Assembly: GCF_004010195.1 (NCBI RefSeq)
Contig: NC_057711.1
Span: 75,256,722 to 75,320,721 of the forward strand
Source: Chiloscyllium plagiosum
Lineage: Eukaryota
DNA length: 64,000 nt
Direction of reading: 5' to 3'
Position numbers and translations under genes: made by a program
Notes under the pieces: model-generated
The model's input: only the letters and a program-made list of their open reading frames with translations
Database searches by the model: none
Told to the model about the DNA's origin: nothing
In this document: one piece after another, positions 11,831 through 25,445 of the stretch
How positions within the stretch are numbered: the first letter of the stretch is position 1
Layout: every line of letters begins with the position of its first letter

Positions 11831-14557
11831 GGGTCACCAAGATTAATGTCAGGTTACTTTCGTGATGTAACACACAGTATTTGGATGGATACAAGGAGTT
11901 CGACTTCAGCAACTATATCTGAACCAGTTGACTTATAGCTCAGTATTTATTCTTGATCAAATTTGGTTGTACCTTTGTTATTATACAATAAACTTCTTGC
12001 ATAGAATAGTGCCTCTTTTTGATGTTCTGTAGAGCAGTGAAGTATCCTCTATCCATAATCATTAGATAAAGCAAAGACAAAGGGTGATTTGTAACTCAAA
12101 GAACCCCTACCCAGTACACAGAGAAAGGTGGTAAATACCACAAGGTGTCCCAAATGGTCATGTAGGGAAATGCCACATAAAGTGTGTTCTTTTGAAAGTA
12201 GGTTGGTCAGCTTCAAAAGACGAGCGCACTTCCACAGTGTTTGTTCACTTAGAATCCCTCCCTGCCTACGCTGCCAAGATGCATTGTTTTATTTAACTGA
12301 TACTTAAGCTTCATCAACATTACTACTTTATTTAAGTTTACTGAAAATTATAGTTGTGCTGATTGAATTCCTTCCAGCATTTTGACCCTGTGGTTTATTC
12401 AGTTCTTGCAACTGATAATATCAAATGGACTTTTTAAAGTTTAATTTCAAAACATCAGAACTGCTTAACAATTAATGAAACAAACACTTTGTAATTTCAC
12501 ATTTCCCTCCTTTTCCTGACCAATCTATTTGGTGGGCTACCTAGAGTAGCTATGTTATTTCAGTGTTACAAGGTAATTTTTCAACCTTATTGGGAAGTGA
12601 GGTTAGAGAAAATGTGCTCCAGGCAAGCAGTGACTCAATTTATTACAAATACCTTTAATGAAGAATTAGTTCACATTTATATAACCAAATTGTTTATGAA
12701 CATAATGCACACAAAATATTTTTTTTCCTCCAGTTTAACATTTTAAAGTCATTTTTGTTCTGAGTGAACTGGTGAGCAGCCTAACATACACAGAAATGAC
12801 TTATCATTAGTTTTGATTAACTAATACAGCTTTTCAAAATATGAACATTTTGCTCACCACTTTATTAAAAGGTTTAATAGCTTTTTCAACAAAAGACATA
12901 GTAGATATGAGCTATAACATTTATAGATTTATAGTTATTAAGTAACAATATAAATAGTTAAATTTATATTTATTAGAGTCATTTTTTGGAGAAAAATCAA
13001 TAAAACAAAAGAAACTCCCTGAAATCTGCTTTCAGGAGCTCATCCCTCTTCCTGCTGATGTCATTGGCCTCAATGTGGAACTACAACGTCTGGCTAATTT
13101 CTTAGAAGGATGTATTACAGCTGCTTTGTAACATCCTTGATCCTGACACTAGTGAGGTAACACAACTTCATAGAGTCACATTTAATGCGACAGAAATGCC
13201 TGCCTGATCCTTTGAGTGTGGAATCCCCTGTCAGTTTTGCCCATCCATTCTTTTTACCTCACTGTATGGCTAAGATGCCCTTGATATCATGAACTTGTCT
13301 CTGGCTGCACTCTCTGGAGGAGCCAATGCTGTTGCTAGCTTCCAAAATGGAATATTGATTGGAAAACGTGATGGACTCAGAAGACACTTGCATAAATGTC
13401 TAATTTTCTTAGACTGGTACTGACCCAGAGGTCCCAAGCACCTCCTCTTTTTGTCTGCTGCCAGAGTAGAGGTGTCTTGCAACACGTAATTTCATAGTCC
13501 AGATCAAAATTAACAATTACACAAAGCATTTAAAAAATGAAGTGCTTTGTGTCACAGTGGTAGTGTCCCTACCCCGAGACAAAAGATCTGAGTTGAGATC
13601 CTACTTGCTCCAGAGACCTGTCATATATGTTTGAACAGGTTGATTAAAAATATATATTTAAAAAATAATACCAAGCTGATAATGAATTAAAGCAGAAGCC
13701 AAAAAACATTATTTTAGTTGATGCTCCTTACCAACCAATTTGAACAAATAGTTAATCAAAATGAACTTGAAAATAATTGATCTTCTGGCAGAAATCTTTT
13801 GAAATAGTTTGGTGCTTCCAGTATACCAATGTGCAAAAGTTCAAAGATCTGGATTTAAGCGTTGAATTTATCTGGACAAGAAAGGTAATTTCTTCCAGTC
13901 CTGCATACTATAACTGAAGATTCACAAGCTATGGCCAAGTTTACAACATCCATCTGCAAACGTTTACCTCATCATCTTTGTCTCCCTTCTCCTTCATGTC
14001 ACTTTATCTCTCTTAGTCAGACTTTCTATTTCTTCACTAGGCCAGGGACAGAGCAGTACCAAAAATATTAGATGAAATACATAGATTTAAAAATTAATAT
14101 TTTGTGTGCCCAGTTAAACACAGGGAGAAGGGTGGTTTGATGACTCAAAAAAAAGGCCAAAGAAGGGGAAAAAGAAACTTAAATATTCTGAGCAAACTTC
14201 AAAGTTACTGAAAAAAGTTGTTGAAGTACCAAAATAAATAGTTAAAGCATTTTATTGTGGAATTTGAGTTTAAAATAAAGCCTTCTGTGTCATCAGGCTG
14301 AAAACTATGGCAAGCAAGCTGTAACTCCTAATACATTGCCATCTATAGGCAGAACAGATACTGCAGCTATTAAAATAGGTTTTAATAAATGTAAATTTCA
14401 CAGTGAAGATTTTTGATAAATCAAATTTAATTAATATCTGTACTTACTGGACAATAGTTGACAATATGAGAGAACAACACAATTGTTAAAACCTTTTTAC
14501 TTCTTTCCAGACCAAGAATACATTAGAAAAAGCAAACTTGTATTTAAATAACAGCAA

Positions 14558-14800
14558 GATTAGGTTACTTACAATGTGGAAACAGGCCCTTCAGCCCAAA
14601 CCAACCAGCGACCCACCCCGCTAACACTACAGGCAATTTAGCATGGCCAATTCACCTAACCTGCACATTTTTGGATTGTGGGAGGAAACCCACGCAGAAT
14701 GTGCAAACTTCACACAGAGAGTCACCTGAGGTGGGAATTTCACCCAGGTCTCTGGCACTGTGAGGCAGTAGTGCTAACCACTGTGCCACCGTGCTGCCCA
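14558..14800 (-). mobile_element. HE1-type tRNA-derived SINE
   Basis: Reverse complement of ggcagcacggtggcacagtggttagcact (A box) at about 14770-14799, plus the conserved core. Confidence 0.9.
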
Positions 14801-15002
14801 ACAAGCAACTTGCTTTAAAAGTCTTAAACTACCTAAAGTTGTTCATATGAGATCCAACAAGGTTTGACACACAACCCCATAAGGAGTTATTAGGATAGGT
14901 GGCTAAGGTAGCTATTAAGGAGAATCTTAAAGGAAGAGAAATATCAGAAAGTGGAGAGATTTAATGAAGAGATTCCAAAGCTAGCTGAGAATCCTTTAGC
15001 AG

Positions 15003-17490
15003 ACAGTGGCATAATGATAATGTAATTGGATTGATAATCGAAAAGGTTAGTGTTTTGGAAACATAGGTTCAAAATACAAGAGTAGCTCCTGATTTAACCG
15101 ATTAAAAACCTGGAATTAAAAACTAGTCCCAGTATTGGTGAACACAAAGTGTAGTAAAAAGCCTATCTGGTTCACCATTATGTTTAGGTCTTTACTTCAG
15201 ACATATGGCAATGTCAGACCACTCAGTTATATAAGAACTGCAACAAAAACGCCAAAAAGAATGAAACCAGATGGGTGACCTGATCTCACTGGCACAACAG
15301 TCCTTCAACTATGGTGGCACAGGAAAGAGTGTTCCTGTGAATACTCAATATTCGTATCAGACTCACAAAGTCTCATGACATGAGGCCAAACATGAGCAAG
15401 GAAGCATTCTGTTGACTATCACCAGCCATGCCCTAACCTTAATTTATGAATGTCAAAAATCACCTGGAAAAAGTACTAAACATGGCAAAGATACAGAATG
15501 TACTCTGAGGGAAGGGAACTTGAAGAGTCACTTGACAGCACTACTGACCACGCTAGCTGAGTCCTAAAGGGTGTAGCTGTTAGACTGCAGTTGGTGGTGA
15601 AGGTCCAAAACCAGAAAGAGAAATCTATTTTACTTCATCGTCTCCATTTACCTATTGCAGATGTCATTCTGTTCATGACAGTATTGTCAAGGGACAACAT
15701 TGCATAGTCCTTCTGGAGACAAGCACCTACTTCCACCTTGAGGGTACCCTCCATCATATTGGGTAGAGCTACCAATGTGTAAAATGACATAAGTTTAGAT
15801 TAGATCTATCAACTCAAGTCTGGGCATCCACGAGACGTTATGTGGGTCATCAGCAATAGAATGGCATTAAACTGCAACTGGTAACCTTTTGGTCTACCTT
15901 ATCCCCAAATCTGTCATTGCAATCAAACCAGAAACTCAACCCTGGTTCAATGACCACAGCAGGAGGGTATGCCAGGTGCAGCATCAGGCTGACCTAAAAC
16001 TTAAGTGTCAACTTGGTGAAGCTACAAAATAGGACTACTTCTTTGTCAAACAGTGGAAGGAACTTATGATAGACAAAGCAAAGTGATCCCACAACTATTA
16101 GTGACTCAGATCTAAACTCAGGAAATTAGTGGTGGACGATGATTAAACAAGTAAGCAGAGCAGGGGGTTTCACAAATATCCACAAACTCAATGATTGAGT
16201 AGTCAGCACATTAGTACCAAAGACAAGTGTGAAGCATTTAAAGCCAAAAGTGCAAGGTGGATGGTACATCCCAGCTTCATCCTGAGATCCACAGCATTAC
16301 AAATCAACCAATTCAATTCACTCTATGAGCTATCAAGAAGCAACTAAACACATTGGATATTGTGGGGTCTGGCAACAATTCAATGATAGCACTAAAGACC
16401 TGTGCTCTAGAAATAACCATTTCCCTAGCCAAGCAGTTTCAGTACAGCTAGCTACACTGTACACTGCCATCTACCTGACTATTTAGAAAATTAGCCAAAT
16501 ATGACTTGTCCACAAAAAGTAGAACAAGTCCAACCTCGCCCATTACTACCCTATCAGTCTACTCACAATCATCAGCAGAGTAAAGGAAGAGGCCATCAAC
16601 AGTGCTATCAAGTGGCACTATTTAGCAATAAGCCCATAACTGACACTTATCTTTGAATCCACCAGGGATTTTCAGTTCCTGAGCTCATAGCATAAGCAAC
16701 ACCTCAATTACTAAGGCTGTATCTATATTCAGAAAGACCAGGACAATATTTAAGCTTCAATTGATAATTGGTGAATAACATTCATGCCATACCAGTGCCA
16801 GGCAATGATCATCTCCAACAAGAGAAAATCTAACCATCACTTCTTGATGTTCAATGGCATTAACATTCCAGAATTCCTCACAATCAGCATCCTGGGGATT
16901 GGCATTAACCAGAAATTGAACTAGACCAACCATCTATGCCAATAAATACTGTGACTATAATAGCAATTCAAAGGCTGGGAATTCCGTGGTGGGTATCTCA
17001 CATCCAGATTCGCTAAAACCTATCCACCATCTGCAAGGCACAAGTTAGCGGTTTAATGGCATACACTCCACTTGCTTGGATAAGTGCAGCTCTGACAACA
17101 CTCAGGCTGCTTGACCCCATTCCAGGAAAAAGTGGCTTTCTTGATTGGTACTATGCAAAACATTAAGCATTCACTCCCTTCAGTATGCTGCATATGCAAA
17201 AAGCACGCTTTTGACTGTACCTTCCAAACCTGCAAATTATAACTTAAAAGGACAAGAGTACAGTTGCATGTACCACCATCTGCAAGTTCTCCTCCAATTC
17301 ACACACCATTCTGACATGGAAACTGATCTTTGTTTTACTGCTGCTGGCGAAAAATCCTTATATTCCCTTCATAACAATTCTACTACACTACACAGACAGC
17401 AACAGTTCATGAAGGTGGCTCTATACCACCTTCACAAGAAAAAATGAAGAGGGTAATATGTGCTGTTCTAGCTCATAATACTGACATCCT
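15003..17490 (+). mobile_element. Old CR1/L2-group LINE with SINE-like 5' segment, decayed
   Basis: Endonuclease-to-RT remnants (cattactaccctatcagtctactc reads HYYPISLL); 3' end resembles the SINE tail at about 51530. Confidence 0.7.
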
Positions 17491-17939
17491 GCACAAGATA
17501 ACTTAAAAAAATACAAGATATCTTACATGCTGGTTTGAAGCAAGTCCGGGATACAGAAGAAACTATAGTGAGAATGCAAGAGCGGGGAAGGAATATTGCA
17601 AGTCATTCTTTGGCTGTGGATAACTAGAATTGAATCCAGGCAAGACAGACACCACCTCATTGTACAATTGGTAAGATGCAGGTTCGTGTGAATACCCATA
17701 TGAAATATTGCAGACTTATCATACAGGGTGCGAAAGAAGAATCTTACCATAGTCACAATAATATAGGCTACCATTTGTAACACTGATAACGGCCATTTCA
17801 GTACCATGGCAAACAGAAACCTGACAGAAAAAAGAAATGGACACAAATTTGAGATGCAAACACTTGCAATGACTTTAGAGAGAATACTATTGACAGAGTA
17901 CTTTGTTTCAGAAATAGAGTAGTTGACAACAGAAGGCAA

Positions 17940-18235
17940 AAAGAGATAGAAGCAGGAAAAAGCCATTGGAGCTCTAAGCCTTCTCCATTCTTCAGCATAA
18001 TTATGACTGATCCAGTGCCTTAAATCCACTTTCCTGCCAGCTCCCCATATCTCCTGATTCCCCAAGATGCTAAATATCTATCAATCTTAGCCTTAAATAT
18101 ACTCAATGATCCATAATTTTCTGGAGCAAAGAATTTCAAAAATTTATAACCCCTTGTGTGAGAGAACTCCTCCCATGCCAGTCCTAAATGGTCAGCCCTC
18201 ATGCCGAGATTGTGCCACCAGCTCTAGATTCTGCA
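17940..18235 (-). mobile_element. CR1 3' end
   Basis: ORF 18020..18202 SLSIFKAKIDRYL...GIRRYG is a CR1 ORF2 C-terminus. Confidence 0.8.
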
Positions 18236-18347
18236 ATCATGTTAAGTTTTTTTGAATGAGTATGGGAGAAGGATGTTTCCTAAGGATAAGGAAATGTTAA
18301 CAGTATTAGCTAACACAAAAGCAATGCAAAGAAGTTAAGTGATCAGC

Positions 18348-18700
18348 ATAGAATCATAGAAACGTAGAGATATACAACATGGAAACATCCTTCAGTCCAA
18401 CTCATCCCATGCCAACCAGATATCCTAAGTTAATCTGGTCCCATTTGCTAGCATTTGGCTCATATCCCTCTAAACTCTTCCTATTCATGTACCCATCCAG
18501 TTCCAGATCCCCCCACCTCAGGATAAAAACCTTGACTACTTATTCTATCCATGCCCATCCTGATTTTATAAACTTCTATAAGGTCACCCCTCAGCTTCCA
18601 AAACTCCAGGGAAAATAGCCCCAGTCTAATCAGTCTCTCCCTATAGTCAAACCCTCCAACCCCAGCAATATCTTTGTCAATCTTTTCTGTACCCTTTCAA
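18348..18700 (-). mobile_element. CR1 3' end
   Basis: catagaatcatag tail; ttctataaggtcacccctcagc is the reverse of LRGDLIEVYK. Confidence 0.85.
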
Positions 18701-20010
18701 GCAGTTTGCTTGGATTGGATTGGAGGTGGACCTCATGGACAGGATGAACTTAGAGATGCATGAGTGAAATATCAAAAGCTGTCAGAAACCTTAGGAAGAA
18801 GCTAGAATTATAGAAGCTGCAGATGCCACTGAACAGATTATCTCAATTTTACTTGTTACAATTACATTATACGGCTGAATAGCTGATAGCAAGATGTCCA
18901 CTTAACTTTTTAAAACAGCAACATGACATAGGAACACTGCATGCATCGAAAATGGATTCTGAGAACGCGAAGAATTCCCAGATGCTGAGTGCATTTCTAA
19001 CACAATGATTTAAAATGAAAATGGCTGCTAGACTTGTTGGCCCATGATGGTGAGATTTCAAATATTGTCCTTCAGAAGGATAGACTGAGTCAGAATTTTG
19101 GTAAGATAACAAACATTTCTCCAATTGTGTGTTAGTTACGCCAGCTTGAACCCATTGTGTGGACAATGGAATAAACCATTACTATAGCCATTTGACCAAA
19201 ACTGACTGAGAGTGCCAATACTTTGTTAACCTCCAAGCCAGCTGAGAGGTCAGTCTGGAATATGGAGATTAGAGGAAAGTCATCTCTTGCCAGGCAAAAG
19301 GGAGTACCTTGCTTAAAAGTCACTCTATCCAGAAAAACTGGACTTATTTGCTTTGCAAAGTTGTATTGCTTCACTACAGGAGCTCAGCACAACTTAATCT
19401 GGAAACTTGCAAATTTCCTCTGACTTTGTGAACCAAGAGAGAATCCTTTAAGTCTGCCATATTTCAACTGCCATTTTAAGGATTGTGTACATAAGTACTT
19501 GTTACCTTTTACTCTGTTAGTAATCTTAGCATATTACCATATAGAAATCACCCATTCTTGTGTGTGCCTTAGTATTTGGGGGAATGGGTGTTCACTGCAT
19601 TTTGATTTAAATGCTGTGAAATGAAGTCCTTTTCTTCAACCTAAACTTACAAGTAATAATAACATTAATAACACTTAATAATTGTTGTTTGAAATCACAG
19701 CACTTGAAGGGTTCTTTAAAGTACATCTTATTGCAGTCAGTCAAGAGGTGAAAAGAATTATCCCACATCTCTCTCCATCTATAATGTAGTGACAAAATAA
19801 TTCATGAGCTCCTTGCATTTGTTTTTGGAGAGATGATTGAAGGGACAGAGGAGAGTGGTTTAAACAGATGTTTTGGAGTAGAGAAGCAATGCAAAGGATT
19901 ATCTTCAATTTCAAGATGATCATGAAATAAAATCCAGTTTTGAATAATGAGAACCAGACTTAATGATGCTTTAGGTGGTCCAGCAATTAATAGCTTAGTC
20001 AATTTCATAA

Positions 20011-22130
20011 ATAAAAACAGAAATAGCTGGAGAAACCAATCATGTCTGTCAGCTTCTATGGAGAGATAGCAGAAAGCAATTAATCTTTCAGGTCTGGTGA
20101 TCCTTTTTCAGAACTGATAGTAGCCTGGAAAAGCTGGTATACAGTATATGCAGAAGACAAGGGGTAGGGATGAAGGTGGTGGAGATAAAGGACTGTGCAA
20201 TACATGGAGATGGAGCCCAAAGAGATACAAAGACAGTTAGGCAGATAAAGGGATTGATAATGGTAGGGCAGGGAGAAAGAAAAGCTGCTAATGGGCACCG
20301 TGAGTAGGTGAAAATGGGTTGGCTGGCAGCCATGTCATGGCAGAGCCTGGGGGTGAGGGTGAGTAAAAATCATGGAAAAAAATGTTCGAGCCCTACAACT
20401 ATTGACCTCAGTATTGAGTCCTGAAGGCTGCGGGATTCCCAAGCAGAAATGGGAAGCTGTTCTTCCAGCTTGCACTGAGCCTCACTGGAGCACTGCAGCT
20501 GGCCCAAGGTGGAAATGTTGGCCCAGGCAACATGGTGGTCTATTGAAGTGTCAGATAACCAGAAGTTTGGGATCAGTTTTGCAATCAGAACCTAAGTGTT
20601 CCACAAAGCAGTCATGCGGTTTGCATTTTATCAGAGGAGACCATATTGTGAGCAGCGAATGCTTTAGACTAGATTGAGTGAAGTGCAGATAAAGCACTGC
20701 TTCACTTGGAAGGTGTGTCTGTGCCCTTGGATAATGAGGAGGGAGGAAGTAAACAGGCAAGTGTAGCACCTTCTGTGATTGCAGGGGAAGGTGCCGTGGG
20801 GTTGTGGGGACTAGAGGAGAAGTGGACCAGGGTGCCAGGTCTGGTGGTAGCATCCCACTGAAGTGGTAGAAAATGATGGCTTAATATCTTTGGGTGCAGA
20901 GGCTGGTGGGATTGAAAGTGAGGACTGGGGGACCCTATTGGTGTTATGGGATGGAAGAAAAGGGATGAGAGCAGAGACACAAGAAACGGGCTGAACATGA
21001 CCAATGCTCCTGTCAACCCCAGTGGCAGGGAATCATTGGTTGAGGAAGAAGGTAGACATTTCTGAGCTCCCCCTGCAGAAGATGGCATCCTCGGAATGAT
21101 GAACAATGAGAATGGAATAGAATCTTTACTGGAAGCAGGGTGTAAAGATATATAGTCAAGGTAACTCTGAGAGTCAGTGGGTTTGCAATGGATATTGGTG
21201 GCCAGCCTATCCACAGAAATGGAAATGGATTTGTTGAGGAAAGGAAGGAAGGATCAAGGAAGGACCGAGTGAAGGTGAGAACAGGATGGAAATAAGAAAA
21301 AAAAATTTCTAATTCCAGACGAGAGAAGGAGGCAATACCGAAGATGTCGTCGATGTACTGTGGTGATGGAATGAGTAGGACTGGAGCAAGGAATGTTCCA
21401 TGTACCCCACAAAGAGATAAGCATAACGGGGGGCCATGTAGATACCCCTTGTCATACATTTGATCTGAAGAAAGTGTGAGGGGTTAAAGTAAAAGTTATT
21501 CAAAGTGAAGATGAGCTCTGCCGGGTGGAGGAAGGAGATGCTGGACGGGGTCAATTCAAGTCTTTTATCTGGGAAGAAGTGGAAAGCCCAGAGATCATCC
21601 TGATGGAGGATGGATTTGTAAAGGGATACACGTCCATGGTAAAGAGAGGGTGGCTGGAGCCTGCAAACTGAAAATTCTGAAACTTCGTTGAAGTATCAGC
21701 AGAATTTCAGATTATGTGGGATGGACCCAGACAAGGGGGGAAATGTATTGAGTCAAGGTAGGTGAAGATAAGTTCCAAGGATCAGTCTGGCTGGGCAGTT
21801 CTATTTGATGGGAATTCGAATAAGGTAGAAGCAGGCTGTTCAGGGTTGGGGTACAATGAGTTGGGAGGCTGTTGTGGGGAGATACTGAAATGAGATAAGA
21901 TTAGTGATTGTTGTGGATGCAGAAGCCTAACGCTTGATGATAGGGTCATGGTCTGGGGGAGATAGGAGGAGGTGTCGAAAGCTGGTATTCAGCCTCCACA
22001 TTGTAGAGGTTAGCACGCCAGCCAACAACAGCACCACCCTTGTCACAGGCTTGTCAAGGTTTGTAAGCACAGAGGGCAGTCAGTTCACAGGGAGATAGGT
22101 TAGAATGGGTGAAGTGGGCAGAGAAATTAA
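20011..22130 (-). mobile_element. Penelope-like retroelement (RT plus probable GIY-YIG region), decayed
   Basis: ORF pieces LIFTLNNFYFNPSHFLQ...MAPRYAYLFVGYMEH, QYIDDIFG and NIHCKPTDSQSYLDY..HP....SIPFS are PLE RT motifs; pLTR at 20011-20115. Confidence 0.9.
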
Positions 22131-23410
22131 GGCAAGTTCTCAATGAGCAAGTCGAATAAGACATGAACCTACCACCTTGTGATTCGAAGGCAGGCTGGCA
22201 AGAACTAATGCTATGTTCAGGTGTAAGATAAAACTCGTTCCAAACTACCCCACCTTCAATTCAACATCTGAACAGCATTATATGATGCATCACTATGACT
22301 TTTCCATTTCCCATACCAGCCATGTTTATTGCCTTTCTAAAAGAGATTAAGAATTTACTGCAAAGTTATGGCTTGCAGATGTATGCCTGCTAAGAATTGG
22401 GTCAAACTCATTTCAATAGGAACTTTACAGCTGACCAGGAAGTGTATTATCCTACATCTGCCTGAACTGGATTTCAAACTGGGTCTTACAAGCTTGACCT
22501 ACCACACCACTAAGTCCACAGTATTGTTAATTTTAAGAAGACAGCGGATGGTGAGGTGAAACTTTTGATTTATTGAGCAAATCTCTCTAAGTAGACAGCA
22601 TGTTATTTTTTTATCATCACCAAACATAGTTTCAGAATATTCTGCAGCTTTATCAGATTGTAAATCAACACGGGGTATTTGATAGCACATGTTACAGACT
22701 AAAAGTGTGCAAGAACATCAGTATACATGAAAGCCAGATGCAATCAGAATGTAAATTGTAAAACTGTAATAAATAGCAGCTAATTCCATTTATGAGTTTA
22801 ACTTCCTGTAAGAATCCATATGTATTTAAATCATTTGAAATGCAAAGAAATAATATATTCTTAGCACTAATAAATTGGTGCCTTATTCCAATTATCACTG
22901 ATATAACATATATCATAACAAAGATTCCTGTGAGAATTCTTGGTCTATGCAACTTCTGTTATGCCTGATCAAATTCATTCAATTTGATTTAATCATAGTG
23001 TCCATTTAGTTTAAAGTTAGAATATATGTAAACTACCATTTTGTGAAAGAATTTAGTTACCTTCATAAAAATAAAAGGAGAAAATCATGTCATATTCTTC
23101 AAGAAAGATCCTGTGTTAGCTGTGCAAGTTGTCATTCTATATCACAGCAATAAATGCAGATTCCAAAGTGGAATGCCTTAAAAACCAGGGTCTATATTGA
23201 CAATATCTCACAATTATTCATTTTCGCTGTGTAAGTTTAAAAAGGCTCTCACGTATTTCAGTACTTGAATGAAGCACATTAGTAAAAAGAACAATCATAC
23301 ATTTGTGCCTTTTTGTACAAAAGTCATGTGTAATCATTTGGAACCATTTACTACAGAACATGAAAGAGAATGAAATATGTTTTGTAGTTTCTAATTTACC
23401 ATCATTACGG

Positions 23411-23703
23411 TGGGTGGCACGGTGGCACAGTGGTTAGCACTGCTGCCTCAGAGACCCGGGTTCAATTCCCGCCTCAGGGAACCGTCTGTGTGGAGTTTGC
23501 ACATTCTCCCAGCTTCTGTGTGGGTTTCCTCCGGGTGCTCTGGTTTCCTCCCACAGTCCAAAAATGTGCAGTTTAGGTGAATTGGCCATGCTAAATTGCC
23601 CGTAGTGTTAAGTGTAGGGGAATGGGTCTGGGTGAGTTGCTCTTCGGAGGGTCAGTGTGGACTTGTTGGGCCGAAGGGCCTGTTTCCACATTGTAAGTAA
23701 TCT
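23411..23703 (+). mobile_element. HE1-type tRNA-derived SINE, near full length
   Basis: A box tggcacagtgg, B box ggttcaattcc, conserved core, CR1-like tail gggccgaagggcctgtttcc. Confidence 0.92.
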
Positions 23704-24129
23704 ACTCTAATTATTCTATATGAACTATTTCTGAACTGAATTCTGGTATGAAAGTAGCTATGATACTTTCTCTTATACATTTGAATGGAAGATCAACCCA
23801 AGATTCCGTTGGTCATTTAAATATTTGTTGGTGCTGCCGAATATTGCCAGTATTACCATAATAAAGTTAACGTTACTGAGTTATAGCTAAATATTCTAGA
23901 AACAGCCAGTTCCTGACTATATATTAGAAAAAGACATGTTGATGCATCGTAATATGCATTCGGTGCACATCATAATTAATACTTAGATTTTGTTGAGTTC
24001 TGACTTTGAAAAGCTACCTTCTAAGAAAATTGACAATTATATGAGATGATTATATGTTTAATGGTAACAGTTTTTAATATGTTGCAGTAGTCCTGTGAAT
24101 AACATATGTGCACAATTATTATGAGTTTA

Positions 24130-24352
24130 TAAAAGCAGAAAATGCAAGAGAAGTTCAACAGTTTTGGCAGCGTATGTGGAGTAAGAAACAGAGTTAACGT
24201 TTTGAGTCAAATATGACTCTTTTTCAGACTGAAGAAGAATCCATTCAGATTTGAAACATTAACTAACAGGTGTGGCCAAACCTGCTGAGTTTCTCCAGCA
24301 TTTTTGTATTTTATTTAATTACTCCAGCATCTGCAGTATTTTGATTTTATTA
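24130..24352. mobile_element. Old short PLE-derived inverted element
   Basis: Inverted arms around cagactgaagaag...tgaaacatt, a decayed hammerhead. Confidence 0.65.
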
Positions 24353-24757
24353 TTAAGAGCATTGTGTTAATGTAGTCTATACTACCCTTTGGTTCTGCAT
24401 TCTTGTGAAGATTTTCAGTCTCACTGAAATTGCATTCATAATGAATTTGGCAATATTAACAAATAAAAGAAAGAATTATTTGCATGTATATAATGCCAAT
24501 CACACCCTCAGGATGTTCCAAAGCACTTTAGATTCAATGAATTACTTTAGAAGTGCAGAGTCTATTATAATGTAGCTAATTTTCATATAGCTAGGCCCTA
24601 TAAATAGCATTGCAAAATGTCCAGATAATATGCCTTTAGTGTAGCTGGTTATATGTTTATATATTGCAAAGCATTGTAAAGACCTTCTTTGCTCTTCTTT
24701 GAAATTGCTCACAGGCCATATCATATATTAGTGATATAATTCATCAGGCTTTATCAG

Positions 24758-25445
24758 TGAAGTAACTCCACTGAGGCCAGTATCCTCTCACCAAATCATC
24801 CTTTAATTACACAAGCACAGAGGAGGATCGTTGAGATTCTATTTATATCTGTCAGCCATGGCTCCCTGATTAGGGTTGTTAATCTGGGCCAGCCAGGGAA
24901 TTCATATTCAATGAGATCCACCTGACCAACCTCGTTCCAATCACTAGCTCCCTCCCCCTCAAGTCCGGGATGTCGGCCTGTTCTTTTTCTTGTTGCTTTT
25001 CCTGGGATGTTTTTGCCCCAGGTCCAGTTTCTCTGACTCTGACTCAGACAGGTGGTGTGCACTGGGCCGTAGCCCATCTCTTGTGCATAAAGTGTCTTAA
25101 AAGAAATTTCTCCTTTCCTTTAGGCCGTAATGGTGTCGAGGCTGTGACATCCACTGCATCCATCTCAGACTCTGAGGTTACTTCGACTCTAGATGGAGGG
25201 GGAGACCCCACGGTTTCTGACAGCCCTTGTGGCTATTCTGAGGTGCTGGGCATCTTTTGCTCCTATCCTATTTGTGGGGTAGCAGCTTTCACGTGATCCA
25301 CATGTTTGCTCAGAATTGCCTCACTTACCCAAACTTTGTATGTCACGGGACCTGACCTCGTGTCAACATTGCCTCAGAATCATGCAGGACCATTTCCATG
25401 GTTTTGACACCAAATTTTGTCCCCTCATGTAAACTATCTTTCCTA
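24758..25445 (-). mobile_element. Gypsy 3' LTR, polypurine tract and integrase C-terminal remnant
   Basis: LTR 24758-24946; PPT gagggggaggga on the minus strand at 24949-24960; minus-strand remnants SGPVTY and SKHVDH. Confidence 0.8.

Noticed and set aside
17529..17627. Plus-strand GLKQVRDTEETIVRMQE resembling a dynein stalk
   Set aside because: Short, ends in a stop, has no splice signals, and no other dynein exons are present.
18860..19420. Several 66-99 aa ORFs in unique DNA
   Set aside because: No recognisable domain and no consistent acceptor-donor pair.
23411..23475. tRNA-like A and B boxes here and at 14.8, 46.3, 51.2 and 53.1 kb
   Set aside because: These are SINE heads continuous with SINE bodies, not tRNA genes.
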